From: Dehalococcoidia bacterium
GTDB taxonomy: Bacteria; Chloroflexota; Dehalococcoidia; Lucifugimonadales; UBA3495
Direction: 5' to 3'
Assembly (NCBI GenBank): GCA_965232885.1
Contig: CBDDQX010000002.1
Location: forward strand, 671,211-735,210
Length of the DNA: 64,000 nucleotides
Shown: positions 27,200-37,056 of the stretch, piece after piece
How positions within the stretch are numbered: position 1 is the stretch's first letter
Layout: each line of letters opens with the position of its first letter
Notes under the pieces: generated by a model
Database searches by the model: none
What the model was told of the DNA's origin: nothing
What the model saw: only the letters and a program-made list of their open reading frames with translations
Position numbers and translations under genes: made by a program

Positions 27200-28600
27200 T
27201 CAGCCGGGTGAACGAAGCAGCCCGGCAGCGGCAACCGTCTCCCGGTTCACGGTGTCCGGCAAGCGGTAGCGGTGCCACAGCGCGACGCCCGATATTGCCA
27301 GCGCCCCCGCAATCACCGGCGCCAACCGCAGGCCCAGCGGGTCTTCAGTGGTGTCTCCCAGTAGCAGTACCAAGGCCAGAATCGCCGGGGGCAGCGAGAA
27401 TGTAATCTTCTCGAAGAAGTTCTGTGCCGCATAGAACATCGCCTCTCGCCGCTCTCCGGTGAGCATCGCGTCGTAGTCGGCGATATCCGCGGTTAAAACC
27501 TTGGGCAACATGAATACGGCTGCCATGGGGATGCCGGCAGCGAAGGCCATTGCCAGTCCTTGTACCAGCAGGCCGCTGCTGGAGAACAGGCCCACCAGCC
27601 CCAATAGCGGGAAAATGACGCCGCTGGCAATCAGGCAGGTCCCATATACCCGGCGTTTGCTGAACTGGAACCGGACAATCAACCTCCAGAAAACCATGCC
27701 ACTGATTACCGCCCCCAAAATCGCCAAGCCGAATATGAGGCCCGACACTGCCCCTTCATCCTCCGCCTGCAACACTTGGGAAGCGAAATAAGGTATCCAG
27801 CCCATCATGACACCGACGCCAGTGGTGAACATCACGAAGGTGGGCATATAGTAGATGAACTGCGGGTTTCGTATCGTTTCACGCATACCACGCCAGAAGC
27901 TAACTCTAGCGGGCGTGGTTTGGCGAGGCGCGTGTTTCCATATCGCCGCCAGTGAGACGTAACGGAAAACTGCGGCCAGCGCCGCCAGTATGACGCCAAC
28001 CACCTGAAAGCCAAGGGCATCCACCAAAGGGCCGCTGACGGACAGGCCAAGAACAGCGCCGATAATGGCGAACAGGTAGATAAGGCCCCCCAGGTTCATC
28101 CGGTCGGAAGCGCCGTGAGTAACCTCCGGCACCAGCGCCTCCAGCGCGCCGCTGGACATCGTGGCGGCAGTGAAGAACAGCTCCAGCGCAATCACGATGT
28201 ACAGAGCGTTCCATAGGCTGGCCTCTTCGGTGGGCAGGAACCAGACGAGGGCAGCAAAGAGCGCATAGAAGGGCGTGCTGAACAGGATAAAGGGGATGCG
28301 TCTTCCCCATCGGCTGCGTGTGCGATCGCTCCACCAGCCGATGAGCGGGTCAGTAAAAGCGTCTATGAAGCGCCCGGCGAATATCAGAAACCCGGCGAAT
28401 ACCCTGGCATCAATACTGAACCCCAAGAGAGAGACATCAGGGACTCTAGCAATTCCTTCTCCGAGTGGAGGAACAAGGAAAAAAAGTATCCACGATTGCC
28501 GGAAATAGCCAATGGCCTGGAGACCTATATGGTCCGAGGCGAACAGCATCTTGCTCAACAGCGGCATTCGAGCGGTAGTGGCCTGTCCCGTTTCATTCAC
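27200..28600 (-). CDS. MFS transporter of the glycoside-pentoside-hexuronide (GPH/MFS_2) type
   Basis: DAFTDPLIGWWSDRTRSRWGRRIPF signature and about 12 TM segments. Confidence 0.75.
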   Translation of the reverse strand: MNETGQATTARMPLLSKMLFASDHIGLQAIGYFRQSWILFFLVPPLGEGIARVPDVSLLGFSIDARVFAGFLIFAGRFIDAFTDPLIGWWSDRTRSRWGRRIPFILFSTPFYALFAALVWFLPTEEASLWNALYIVIALELFFTAATMSSGALEALVPEVTHGASDRMNLGGLIYLFAIIGAVLGLSVSGPLVDALGFQVVGVILAALAAVFRYVSLAAIWKHAPRQTTPARVSFWRGMRETIRNPQFIYYMPTFVMFTTGVGVMMGWIPYFASQVLQAEDEGAVSGLIFGLAILGAVISGMVFWRLIVRFQFSKRRVYGTCLIASGVIFPLLGLVGLFSSSGLLVQGLAMAFAAGIPMAAVFMLPKVLTADIADYDAMLTGERREAMFYAAQNFFEKITFSLPPAILALVLLLGDTTEDPLGLRLAPVIAGALAISGVALWHRYRLPDTVNRETVAAAGLLRSPG

Positions 28601-28645
28601 TTGGGTCGCCCTCCGGTTGCCATTGGCTGATAGGCTCGGCCATCG

Positions 28646-29386
28646 TCATAGCGAGGCCTGCCGCGATAGCGACTTCACGGCGTCCCTGATGTTTGCTGCG
28701 GCGACGTTGTATTTCGTCCCTGCCGGAATTCGCAGAGGTTCCCCAAACCGGACCTCGATGTAACCCCTCTGCGGGCGGCTGCCGCCCTTGGCCACCACCG
28801 AGTCAGTGCCCTTAAGATATACTGGCACCACCGGAAGTCCAAGCCGGACCGCCAACAGGCCGATGCCGGGCTTGAACGGCCGTATACTTCCGTCGTCGGA
28901 GCGTATCCCTTCAGGGAAAAATAGCAGCGACCAGCCCGCATCCGCAATCATGGCGCAATGTTCCAGGCTGGCCCGCACACTGCCCCTCTGGGAAAACAGG
29001 AATCCGTTGCTTATCAGGGCGGCAAAGAAACTCTGTATGCGCCCGCGTCCCTGCATCACTTCTTCCGACGCCGCGGTGGCGAGAGACAACCGCCAGCTCC
29101 AGGGAAGGGCCAGCAGCACCGCCGGATTGTCGGCGACGCTCAAGTGATTCGCCGCAAATATCACTGGCCCGTCGAGAGAGCCGAGAACCTGGGTCCCAAA
29201 GGTGCGCCGCCGCGAGAAAATCGCCATTACCGGGTACAGGAAAACCGCAATCAGGATTGCCCGAACTACCACCGCCGGCCGGGCAAACTGCCAGCCCAAA
29301 CCTGTGCTGACAGGAGACCGGCGGCGCCGTTCTTCGCGTTCAGACCGCGGCGCAACCCTGCTTCTTTCGTCGGCGCTGCTGCTCAT
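28646..29386 (-). CDS. lysophospholipid (1-acyl-sn-glycerol-3-phosphate) acyltransferase family protein
   Basis: NHLSVAD (HX4D) and FFPEGIRSDDG motifs, with an N-terminal TM segment. Confidence 0.75.
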   Translation of the reverse strand: MSSSADERSRVAPRSEREERRRRSPVSTGLGWQFARPAVVVRAILIAVFLYPVMAIFSRRRTFGTQVLGSLDGPVIFAANHLSVADNPAVLLALPWSWRLSLATAASEEVMQGRGRIQSFFAALISNGFLFSQRGSVRASLEHCAMIADAGWSLLFFPEGIRSDDGSIRPFKPGIGLLAVRLGLPVVPVYLKGTDSVVAKGGSRPQRGYIEVRFGEPLRIPAGTKYNVAAANIRDAVKSLSRQASL

Positions 29387-29532
29387 CTCGTATGAAGACT
29401 TTCCTGAAAATACCGAGTCAGTCTATACTTTCTTTTCCGCTGCATCAATTCGAGCAACTGTCAAGCAATGCCTGGCCCTAGGAGCGTAAACGAGAGCAGG
29501 GAAGGCAGGGCTACCGCACGGGACGCCTGGGC

Positions 29533-29540
29533 TGTATAAT
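29533..29540 (+). promoter_or_regulatory. candidate -10 region (TGTATAAT) upstream of icd
   Basis: Perfect TATAAT preceded by TG, about 190 nt upstream of the icd ATG. No convincing -35. Confidence 0.3.
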
Positions 29541-29733
29541 TTGCTCGATTCCAGCCCGGAAGTCGGAGGGCCTTTTACCTGCGCCGATGACCCAAGGTAG
29601 CGATCGGTTCCTAGTAAAAGACAGGCGCCGTTCCAGCAAGACCCTGCGGCTCTGCGTCCCTGCCCTTAGGAGGGCTCAACCACAGGTCGGCTTCGGGCGC
29701 ATTCAAACCTAGACATTGGGCAAGGAGAGGAAT

Positions 29734-31962
29734 ATGCCGGAAGCGGCCAAGATAATATACACAAAAATTGACGAGGCTCCGGCTCTCGCCACGCACTCGT
29801 TGTTGCCGATTCTCCAGTCATTCACCAAGGGTTCCGGTATCGAACTGGAGGCTTGGGATATCTCGCTGACTGGCCGCATCATCGCCAATTTCCCCGACAG
29901 ACTGACGGAAGAGCAAAGAATCCCCGACTATCTGACCATACTGGGGGAATTGTCCGAGGACCCGTCCGCGAACATCATCAAGCTGCCCAATATCAGTGCC
30001 TCCATTCCCCAGATGAAGGGAGCGATCAGGGAACTGCAGGAAAAGGGATATAACGTCCCGGACTTCCCCGACGACCCTTCGACCGACGAGGAGCGCGATG
30101 CCCGGGCCCGCTATTCCCGGGTGGTAGGAAGTGCCGTAAACCCGGTCCTGCGGCAGGGGAACTCGGACCGCAGGTCGTCCAACTCAGTCAAGGAGCACGG
30201 CAAGCGCAACCCCCATCGGATGATGCAAGACTGGCCGGAAGTTTCCAAGACCCGCGTCGCCTACATGGAAAGCGGGGACTTCTACGGCAGCGAGAAGGCC
30301 TTGACGGTATCGGAGTCGGGATCAGCGGCCATCGAATTCGTGGCTGGAGACGGCAGCGTGACCTCTCTCAAGTCCGGCATCTCACTGCTGGCTGATGAAA
30401 TCATAGACTGCGCCGCAATGAGCGTCCGTGAGTTGCGCAATTTCTATGCACAGGAAATTGCGAAAGCCAAGGCCGACAACGTGCTCCTCTCGCTGCACGT
30501 GAAGACCACCATGATGCGTATATCCGATCCGATAATTTTCGGCCATCTCGTGTCGGTGTACTACGAGGACGTGTTTGCCAAGCACGGGGCTGCATTGGCG
30601 GAGGTCGGGGTTGATCCCGACAACGGAGTAGCCGAACTCCTCACCAAGATACAGGACCTGCCGGAAGCCAAGCGCGCGGAGATTGAGGCCGATGTCCAAG
30701 CGGTTTACAACCAACGGCCTGAGCTCTACATGGTCAACTCCAACCGGGGCATCACCAATCTTCACATACCCAGCGATACCATCATTGACGCCTCCATGCC
30801 CGTGATCATCCGCGACGGTGGGCGGGCCTGGGGACCCGACAACGAACTGCACGACACGGTTGCGATGATCCCTGATCGCTCCTACTCGAGGCTGTACCAA
30901 GCGGTCATCGAGGACTGCCAAGAGCACGGAGCCTTCGACCCTTCCACCATCGGCAGCGTGGCCAACGTCGGGCTTATGGCTCAGGCGGCCGAGGAATACG
31001 GGTCGCACGACAAGACCTTCACTGCCCCCGGCAACGGAACGATACGGGTCGTGGACGCATCCGGGGCCGCCCTGATGGAACAGAGCGTCGAAGAGGGCGA
31101 TATCTTCCGGATGTGCCAGACCAAGGACGCAGCTATCGAGGACTGGGTCAAGCTGGGCGTCAATCGGGCCAGGCTCACCGGCACCCCTGCCATCTTCTGG
31201 CTGGACAAGAACCGCGCTCACGACGCTGAACTCATCAAGAAGGTAGACCAATACCTGCCCAATCATGACACCACCGGGCTGGACATCCGCGTAATGGCTC
31301 CCATTGATGCCATTAAGTTCTCGACGGAGCGGAGCAGGGCCGGACAGGACACGATCTCGGTCACCGGCAACGTGCTGCGGGACTACCTGACCGACCTCTT
31401 CCCCATCCTGGAGCTGGGCACCAGCGCCAAGATGCTGTCTGTCGTTCCTCTGCTCAAGGGCGGTGGAATGTTCGAGACCGGAGCAGGCGGGTCGGCCCCC
31501 AGGCATGTGCAACAGTTCCTGGAGGAGGGTCACCTGCGATGGGATTCCCTGGGTGAATTCTGCGCCCTGGTTGCCTCATTCGAGCACTGCGCCCAGGTAT
31601 TCAAGAACGACCGGGCTCAGTTGCTGGCGGACACCCTGGACCAGGCCATCGGGGAACACCTGGAACAGCGGAAGGCCCCATCGCGCCGGGTTAACGAACT
31701 CGACACTCGTGGCAGCCATTTCTATCTCGCTCTGTACTGGGCTCAGGCCCTCGCTAACCAGACCCAGGACGCTGAGCTGCAGGGCCGTTTTTCCAAGGTC
31801 GCCCAGCAGATGGCCGACAATGAGGAAAAAATCATCCAGGAACTGATCGACTGCCAGGGTCAGCCCGTCGAAATCGGCGGCTACTACATTCCTGATGACG
31901 ATATGGCCGCCAAAGCCATGCGTCCCAGCCCCACTCTCAACGCGATCATAGACGCAATCTAG
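29734..31962 (+). CDS. icd: monomeric NADP-dependent isocitrate dehydrogenase
   Basis: AAGGAGAGG RBS. A 742-aa protein starting [26 protein letters not shown], typical of monomeric IDH. Confidence 0.9.
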   Translation: MPEAAKIIYTKIDEAPALATHSLLPILQSFTKGSGIELEAWDISLTGRIIANFPDRLTEEQRIPDYLTILGELSEDPSANIIKLPNISASIPQMKGAIRELQEKGYNVPDFPDDPSTDEERDARARYSRVVGSAVNPVLRQGNSDRRSSNSVKEHGKRNPHRMMQDWPEVSKTRVAYMESGDFYGSEKALTVSESGSAAIEFVAGDGSVTSLKSGISLLADEIIDCAAMSVRELRNFYAQEIAKAKADNVLLSLHVKTTMMRISDPIIFGHLVSVYYEDVFAKHGAALAEVGVDPDNGVAELLTKIQDLPEAKRAEIEADVQAVYNQRPELYMVNSNRGITNLHIPSDTIIDASMPVIIRDGGRAWGPDNELHDTVAMIPDRSYSRLYQAVIEDCQEHGAFDPSTIGSVANVGLMAQAAEEYGSHDKTFTAPGNGTIRVVDASGAALMEQSVEEGDIFRMCQTKDAAIEDWVKLGVNRARLTGTPAIFWLDKNRAHDAELIKKVDQYLPNHDTTGLDIRVMAPIDAIKFSTERSRAGQDTISVTGNVLRDYLTDLFPILELGTSAKMLSVVPLLKGGGMFETGAGGSAPRHVQQFLEEGHLRWDSLGEFCALVASFEHCAQVFKNDRAQLLADTLDQAIGEHLEQRKAPSRRVNELDTRGSHFYLALYWAQALANQTQDAELQGRFSKVAQQMADNEEKIIQELIDCQGQPVEIGGYYIPDDDMAAKAMRPSPTLNAIIDAI

Positions 31963-31985
31963 CAGGACAGTTCCCCCTCCCTCCC

Positions 31986-33317
31986 CTGACAGGGGTAGGT
32001 AACGGCTAAAACTGGCTTGCGCCGTAACTTGGGAAGGCGCATCAGCCTCCGGCATCTTGGTTGTGATACGACCAGATGTAGGAGATCCGCGATGCGCCTT
32101 CCCAGGGAATGCTATCAGATGCAAAAAACGATTGAAACGCATTTACCTCACCTCTCCCAGCCACAATTGACTGGCCTGGTGCTGTGGGTTTGCGGAGCCA
32201 TCCTGGCAGGCAGCGCCTGTCAGAACGCTGTGGCCTCGGCTCTCTCGCCCTGGGGCAGATGGAACAACCTCCGCCAGTACCTCCGGGAGTGGCTCTACGA
32301 CGGCAGCGACCGGACAAGTCCCTGCCAGACCCAACTGGACGTTACGCTCTGCTTTGCGCCGTTGCTGAAATGGGTCCTCGCCTGGTGGCATTCCGGCCCT
32401 CTGGCCCTGGCGATTGACCCCACGCTCAAAGGGGACCAGACCACGGCCATCGTCATCAGCGTCGTGTACCGCAGTTGCGCCATTCCCGTGGCCTGGCGCA
32501 TCCACCGCGCCACCCAGAAAGGCTCCTGGATGGATCCGATTGTGGAACTGCTCCAGGAACTGGCTCCGGCGGTTCCAGCGGAAATGACCGTCATCGTGCT
32601 TTGCGACCGGGGCATATCCAGCCCCAAGCTGTGGCAGCAGATCCGCGCTCAAGGCTGGCACCCCTACATGCGGTATCGGAACAACATCACCTTCTGCGCC
32701 GACGGCGGCCAACGATTGCCCGCCCGCGCCTTCGTCTCCGTTCCCGACACGGCCTGGGTGGGCAGCGGCACCGCTTTCGGCCAGCCCACCGCAAAGCGTC
32801 GTTGCACCCTGCTGGCCGTCTGGTACGCCGAGCAGGAAGAACCCTGGATCATCCTCACCGACCTGCCCCCAGAGGAGGTTGGGGTGAGTTGGTACGCCCT
32901 GCGCTTCTGGATCGAGCTGGGCTTCAAGGCCATCAAGAGCCTGGGCTGGAAGTGGGACAAGACCCGGCGCACCGACCCGACCCGCATCTCCCGCCACTGG
33001 CTGGTGCTGTCGGTGGCCACACTGCTGGCCCTGGCCTACGGCACCAGGGTGGAAGACGCCCAGGACCGCCGGATCGCCCCAGGCAATCTGCGGACGCCGC
33101 CCAAAGCGCTGGCTCCCAATCACCGGAACCCTCGGAGCCGTCCAGCGCGCACCGTCAGCGTGATCCGCTACGGCATCGACTGGCTTAGGCGGTTGCTGCT
33201 CAAAGGACGCCTCTGGAGCCGCGTCTGGCTGCTGCCCGAACCCTGGCCAGAACCCAAGAAAGGCTTGGAGATCACCCATCATGCGCCCCCGTAACACCGC
33301 TTACCTACCCCTGTCAG
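31986..33317 (+). mobile_element. IS4-family insertion sequence (1332 bp)
   Basis: 17-bp perfect TIR: CTGACAGGGGTAGGTAA at 31986 and its reverse complement ending at 33317. An 11-bp direct repeat CCCTCCCTCCC lies at 31975-31985 and 33318-33328. Confidence 0.85.
32119..33294 (+). CDS. IS4-family DDE transposase
   Basis: LALAIDPT, VLCDRGISS and YALRFWIELGFKAIK (the Y-2-R-3-E-6-K signature of IS4-family transposases). Confidence 0.8.
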   Translation: MQKTIETHLPHLSQPQLTGLVLWVCGAILAGSACQNAVASALSPWGRWNNLRQYLREWLYDGSDRTSPCQTQLDVTLCFAPLLKWVLAWWHSGPLALAIDPTLKGDQTTAIVISVVYRSCAIPVAWRIHRATQKGSWMDPIVELLQELAPAVPAEMTVIVLCDRGISSPKLWQQIRAQGWHPYMRYRNNITFCADGGQRLPARAFVSVPDTAWVGSGTAFGQPTAKRRCTLLAVWYAEQEEPWIILTDLPPEEVGVSWYALRFWIELGFKAIKSLGWKWDKTRRTDPTRISRHWLVLSVATLLALAYGTRVEDAQDRRIAPGNLRTPPKALAPNHRNPRSRPARTVSVIRYGIDWLRRLLLKGRLWSRVWLLPEPWPEPKKGLEITHHAPP

Positions 33318-33357
33318 CCCTCCCTCCCTGTTGGGAAGGGTTAGGGTAGGGTCGTCC
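33318..33357 (+). repeat. REP-like hairpin element (family A), split by the IS4 insertion
   Basis: CCCTCCCTCCCTGTTGGGAAGGGTTAGGGTAGGGTCGTCC. Its left part is duplicated at 31975-31985. Confidence 0.65.
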
Positions 33358-33490
33358 TCCCGCCGTCTATAACGGGGGACATCAGTCAACAACCAACAGG
33401 TTATTCAGAGGGGAGTCGTAGGGATTCCCCTCTACTAATCACCGGCAGCATCGAATGCGAGCTGCCCGATTTTGGAGGAAGAGCCAGCCA

Positions 33491-34432
33491 ATGCGAAACA
33501 AGGTAACCGTAGTCGGCGCGGGTAACGTCGGCGCAACCACCGCACAGCGGATACACCAACTGGGCTACGCCGACGTGGTATTGGTGGACGTGGTCGAAGA
33601 CCTGCCCCAAGGCAAATCCCTGGATATGCTTGAGTCGGGGCCTGTGCTTGGCACCGACGCCCTCATCACCGGCAGCAACGGCTACGAGGAAACGGCCAAT
33701 TCCGATGTCGTGGTCATTACTGCCGGCATTGCCCGCCGGCCCGGCATGAGCCGCGACGACCTTCTGCTCACCAATATGCGCATCACCACGTCGGTCACAG
33801 AGCAGGTGGTCAGGCACTCCCCCAATTGCATCATCATCCCCGTAACCAACCCGCTGGACGCCATGGTGCAGAACATCTACGAATCCAGTGGATTCCCTCG
33901 GGAGCGCGTCTTCGGCATGGCCGGTGTCCTGGACACCGCCCGATTCCGCACGTTCATTTCCCAGGAACTCAAAGTGTCCGTCGAGGACGTCCAAGCCTAC
34001 GTGCTGGGCGGCCACGGCGACGACATGGTGCCTCTGGTCCGCTTCACCACCGTCGGCGGCATCCCCATCAGCGAGCTGATGGCGGAGGAAAAGGTCGAGC
34101 AGCTAGTGCGACGCACCCGGCAGGGCGGAGGCGAAATCGTCCAACTGCTCAAGGAAGGCAGCGCATACTACGCCCCTTCGGCGGCCATCACGCAGATGGT
34201 CGAGGCGGTGCTGCTGGACAAGAAGCGCATACTGCCCGCCTGCGCGTATCTGCAAGGCGAATACGGCATCAACGGCCTCTGCGTCGGCGTACCCGTAAAG
34301 CTCGGAGCCGGCGGCATGGAGCAGGTCATCGAGATTCGCTTGACCCCCGAAGAACAGGCAGCCCTCCAAAGCTCCGCCGACAGCGTGAAGGAGCTCGTGG
34401 ACGTGATGAGCCAGGCGAAGGCGGGGCGGTAG
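33491..34432 (+). CDS. mdh: malate dehydrogenase (LDH-like, NAD-dependent)
   Basis: [15 protein letters not shown]ossmann motif, [16 protein letters not shown] and [11 protein letters not shown]. Confidence 0.9.
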   Translation: MRNKVTVVGAGNVGATTAQRIHQLGYADVVLVDVVEDLPQGKSLDMLESGPVLGTDALITGSNGYEETANSDVVVITAGIARRPGMSRDDLLLTNMRITTSVTEQVVRHSPNCIIIPVTNPLDAMVQNIYESSGFPRERVFGMAGVLDTARFRTFISQELKVSVEDVQAYVLGGHGDDMVPLVRFTTVGGIPISELMAEEKVEQLVRRTRQGGGEIVQLLKEGSAYYAPSAAITQMVEAVLLDKKRILPACAYLQGEYGINGLCVGVPVKLGAGGMEQVIEIRLTPEEQAALQSSADSVKELVDVMSQAKAGR

Positions 34433-34579
34433 ACCCAGAGGTTTATCTTTGCCTGACAAGCTCTTGGCTTTATTGCGAAATCCCCTCTCGAGAATATATA
34501 GGGTCGTGGTGCCAACCGGTGAACACGGCCCTTTAAACTATCCCCCAGATTCCAACAACTATTCTGGAAGGGCATCTCA

Positions 34580-35191
34580 TTGCGATTTCTGAACGTCGGC
34601 TTTGGAATATGGCTAGGAATTCTAGCTGTATGGTTGACTATTGCACTCGCAATCGCCCTTTCGATTTACGTTGACGAAGAGTCGTCAACCTACCGGGCCC
34701 TCGCTGTGATCGGAGGAGGAATTGGCGGGGCTTTCATAGCTACGATTTGTACCATATTTTTCGGCAAGGCAGTTCGAGGAATTTACCTCAGGCGGAGGTG
34801 GCCGCTGGCCTGGATAGCTGTCAAAATAATAAGAGTAGCGTCAGGCAAGATTAGGGTGCCTATCCCCGCTCGTGGAATTTCCGACAGAAACGGGAACTTG
34901 GCTGTCAGCTTGATTATCAGTCATAATGATTACTTATCAGTAGGCGACCTAATATCAGCAACTAACATCAACACGAGAAGATTGCTGGGAACATTGGAGA
35001 TAACAGAATTAGACCAAGACTTATGCCTTTGCGAATTGGTCGACAGGATGGATTCCAACGAATTTTGGGTTGGCCTCGAAAGTCGAATGCTACATAGTTT
35101 TTGCCCACCGTCGGGTGTCGAATTCTCGCGCCATGTTGATCCAGCGGCGGTTGATTTCGTTGAACGGCTGATTCGCAGTTGGGGAGGGTAG
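34580..35191 (+). CDS. hypothetical protein with two N-terminal TM helices and a soluble C-terminal domain
   Basis: TTG start with GGAAGGG upstream, in an AT-richer islet. TM1 is GFGIWLGILAVWLTIALAIALSIYV and TM2 is LAVIGGGIGGAFIATICTIFFG. No family recognised. Confidence 0.45.
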   Translation: MRFLNVGFGIWLGILAVWLTIALAIALSIYVDEESSTYRALAVIGGGIGGAFIATICTIFFGKAVRGIYLRRRWPLAWIAVKIIRVASGKIRVPIPARGISDRNGNLAVSLIISHNDYLSVGDLISATNINTRRLLGTLEITELDQDLCLCELVDRMDSNEFWVGLESRMLHSFCPPSGVEFSRHVDPAAVDFVERLIRSWGG

Positions 35192-35192
35192 A

Positions 35193-35597
35193 ATGCCCAT
35201 TCAGGGAAAAGTGGCCGCTATTCTCAATGCACGAGACCTTGTAATCAACAAGGGACGGAACGACGGCGTATCGGAGGGAATGGAGTTTCAGGTAACACAG
35301 CCTGATGTTCCAATTCTAGACCCTGAAAGTGGGGCTAGTCTGGGGGTTCTAACCCGGGACAAAATCAAAGTCAGAGTAGTAGAAGTACACCCACAGTTTT
35401 CAGTAGCCAAGACCTATGAGACATATTCCGCTCACGTACCGTCCGCTTTTGAGCAGGCCGAGCCGTTATCCCGAGGGCGAACCGTTACCCGCGTGCGGAA
35501 AATCATAACCGAGTCGCCCGGCCAAAACACCAGCATCATCGGACAGGAAGGCAGTACTGTAAAGGTAGGAGACCCGGTAGTTCAGATCGGTGAGTAG
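35193..35597 (+). CDS. hypothetical soluble protein (134 aa), probably beta-rich
   Basis: GGGGAGGG RBS and a 1-nt gap after the upstream stop suggest coupled translation. The N-terminus is QGKVAAILNARDLVINKGRNDGVSEGMEFQV. No family recognised. Confidence 0.45.
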   Translation: MPIQGKVAAILNARDLVINKGRNDGVSEGMEFQVTQPDVPILDPESGASLGVLTRDKIKVRVVEVHPQFSVAKTYETYSAHVPSAFEQAEPLSRGRTVTRVRKIITESPGQNTSIIGQEGSTVKVGDPVVQIGE

Positions 35598-35644
35598 ACA
35601 GCATATTTTTACACTTCCACCTTAAACGCTACGGAGGGCCCGCC

Positions 35645-36940
35645 ATGCCCAATCGCACTTCCGACGAACAACGCCTGCTGGAAAAGGCGGGCCGCTATCT
35701 GCCCGGCGGAAACACCGGCAACCTCCACATGAACCCCGAGCAGGACTTCCTCGTATCGGGCGGCAAGGGGTCCCACGTATGGGATGTCAGCGGCAACGAG
35801 TACGTTGACTGGCTGATGGGCAGCGGCCCGATGCTGCTGGGCCACGCCCATCCCCACGTCGTCGAGGCGGTAATCAAGACCGTGGAACAGGGCAGCACCT
35901 TCTTCGCCAACAACGACAAGGCCGTGATGCTGGCCGAGGCGCTGGTGGAAGCCGTACCCTGCGCCGAGCAGGTGCGGTTCACGACCAGCGGCACCGACGC
36001 CTGCTTCCAGGCCATGCGCATCTGCCGCGCCTTTACCGGCAAGGAGAAAGTGCTCAAGTTCGAGGGCGGGTACCACGGAAGCAGCGACTACGCCCTGATG
36101 AGCGTCACCCCCAGCGCGTCGCTGGAGTTCCCGCAATCCGAGGCCAACAGCGGTGGCATCCCCAAGGCTATCGCCGACCTGATGCTCATCGCGCCGTTCA
36201 ACGACATTGCCACCACAGAAGCTATCATCCAGGCCCACCACGACGAGCTGGCGGCAGTCATCGTAGAGCCGATGCAGCGCATTATCGCCCCACTGCCGGG
36301 GTTCCTGCAGGGCTTGCGCGACATCTGCACCCGCTACGGCATACCCCTCATCTTCGACGAGGTAGTGACCAGCTTCCGCCTGTCCTACGGCGGAGCGCAG
36401 GAATTCTACGGCGTGACGCCCGACCTCTGCTCCGTGGGCAAGATCATGGGTGGCGGCTATCCCCTGGCCGCGATCCTGGGACGCGCGGACATCATGTCGG
36501 TCTACGACCGGGGCGAAGTGGACAGCGATACCTTCGTCAGCCAGATTGGCACCCTGAACGGCAACCCGGTGGCCTGTGCCGCTGGCCTGGCCACACTGGA
36601 GGTTCTGCGCGACGACCCTGACGCTTATCGCCGCGTCCACGGCTCTGGCGCGGCCCTGCGCAGCGCGATGACGAAACTCTGCGAGGAACACGGCATACCG
36701 GTGCAGAGTTGCGGTGAGGATGCAGTGTTCGACTTCTGCTTCACCGACCGGCCAGTGAACAATTACCGCGACATACTGTCGGGCGACGGGGCAATGCTGG
36801 GCCGCCTCAACGCCGGCCTTCTGGAGCGCGGCGTCCTCAAGGGCGGCCAGAAATACTACCCGTCGGCAGTCCACACCGAGGAGGACGTGGAACGCACCAT
36901 CGAAGCCTACCGCCAGATAGTGCCCACTCTGCAGGGGTGA
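35645..36940 (+). CDS. class-III (GSA/HemL-like) PLP-dependent aminotransferase
   Basis: YLPGGNTGN, DWLMGSGPMLLGHAHP, IFDEVVTSFR and SVGKIMGGGYPLAA (PLP lysine). Confidence 0.85.
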   Translation: MPNRTSDEQRLLEKAGRYLPGGNTGNLHMNPEQDFLVSGGKGSHVWDVSGNEYVDWLMGSGPMLLGHAHPHVVEAVIKTVEQGSTFFANNDKAVMLAEALVEAVPCAEQVRFTTSGTDACFQAMRICRAFTGKEKVLKFEGGYHGSSDYALMSVTPSASLEFPQSEANSGGIPKAIADLMLIAPFNDIATTEAIIQAHHDELAAVIVEPMQRIIAPLPGFLQGLRDICTRYGIPLIFDEVVTSFRLSYGGAQEFYGVTPDLCSVGKIMGGGYPLAAILGRADIMSVYDRGEVDSDTFVSQIGTLNGNPVACAAGLATLEVLRDDPDAYRRVHGSGAALRSAMTKLCEEHGIPVQSCGEDAVFDFCFTDRPVNNYRDILSGDGAMLGRLNAGLLERGVLKGGQKYYPSAVHTEEDVERTIEAYRQIVPTLQG

Positions 36941-37056
36941 CGCCGCGCGCACGCTGAAGAAGCTGTCGAAGATGTCAGACAACTGGCAGAAGGCGATTTC
37001 CTGGATGGCGAGGATGTAGTCCCGGGGTTTACCTGCCGTGTGGGAGACCTGTTCGC

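Noticed and set aside
29545-29640. SRP (4.5S) RNA-like motif CCCGGAAG in the icd upstream region
   Set aside because: Only a short GGAAG match was found. The conserved GGAAGCAGCCAAGGCAG domain-IV sequence and the symmetric-loop context are absent.
36941-37056. Possible gene remnant between the aminotransferase and the PIG-L gene (minus-strand reading …DYILAIQEIAFCQLSDIFDSFF…)
   Set aside because: It is only about 35 codons with no start or identifiable family. It cannot be distinguished from chance in a convergent intergenic region.
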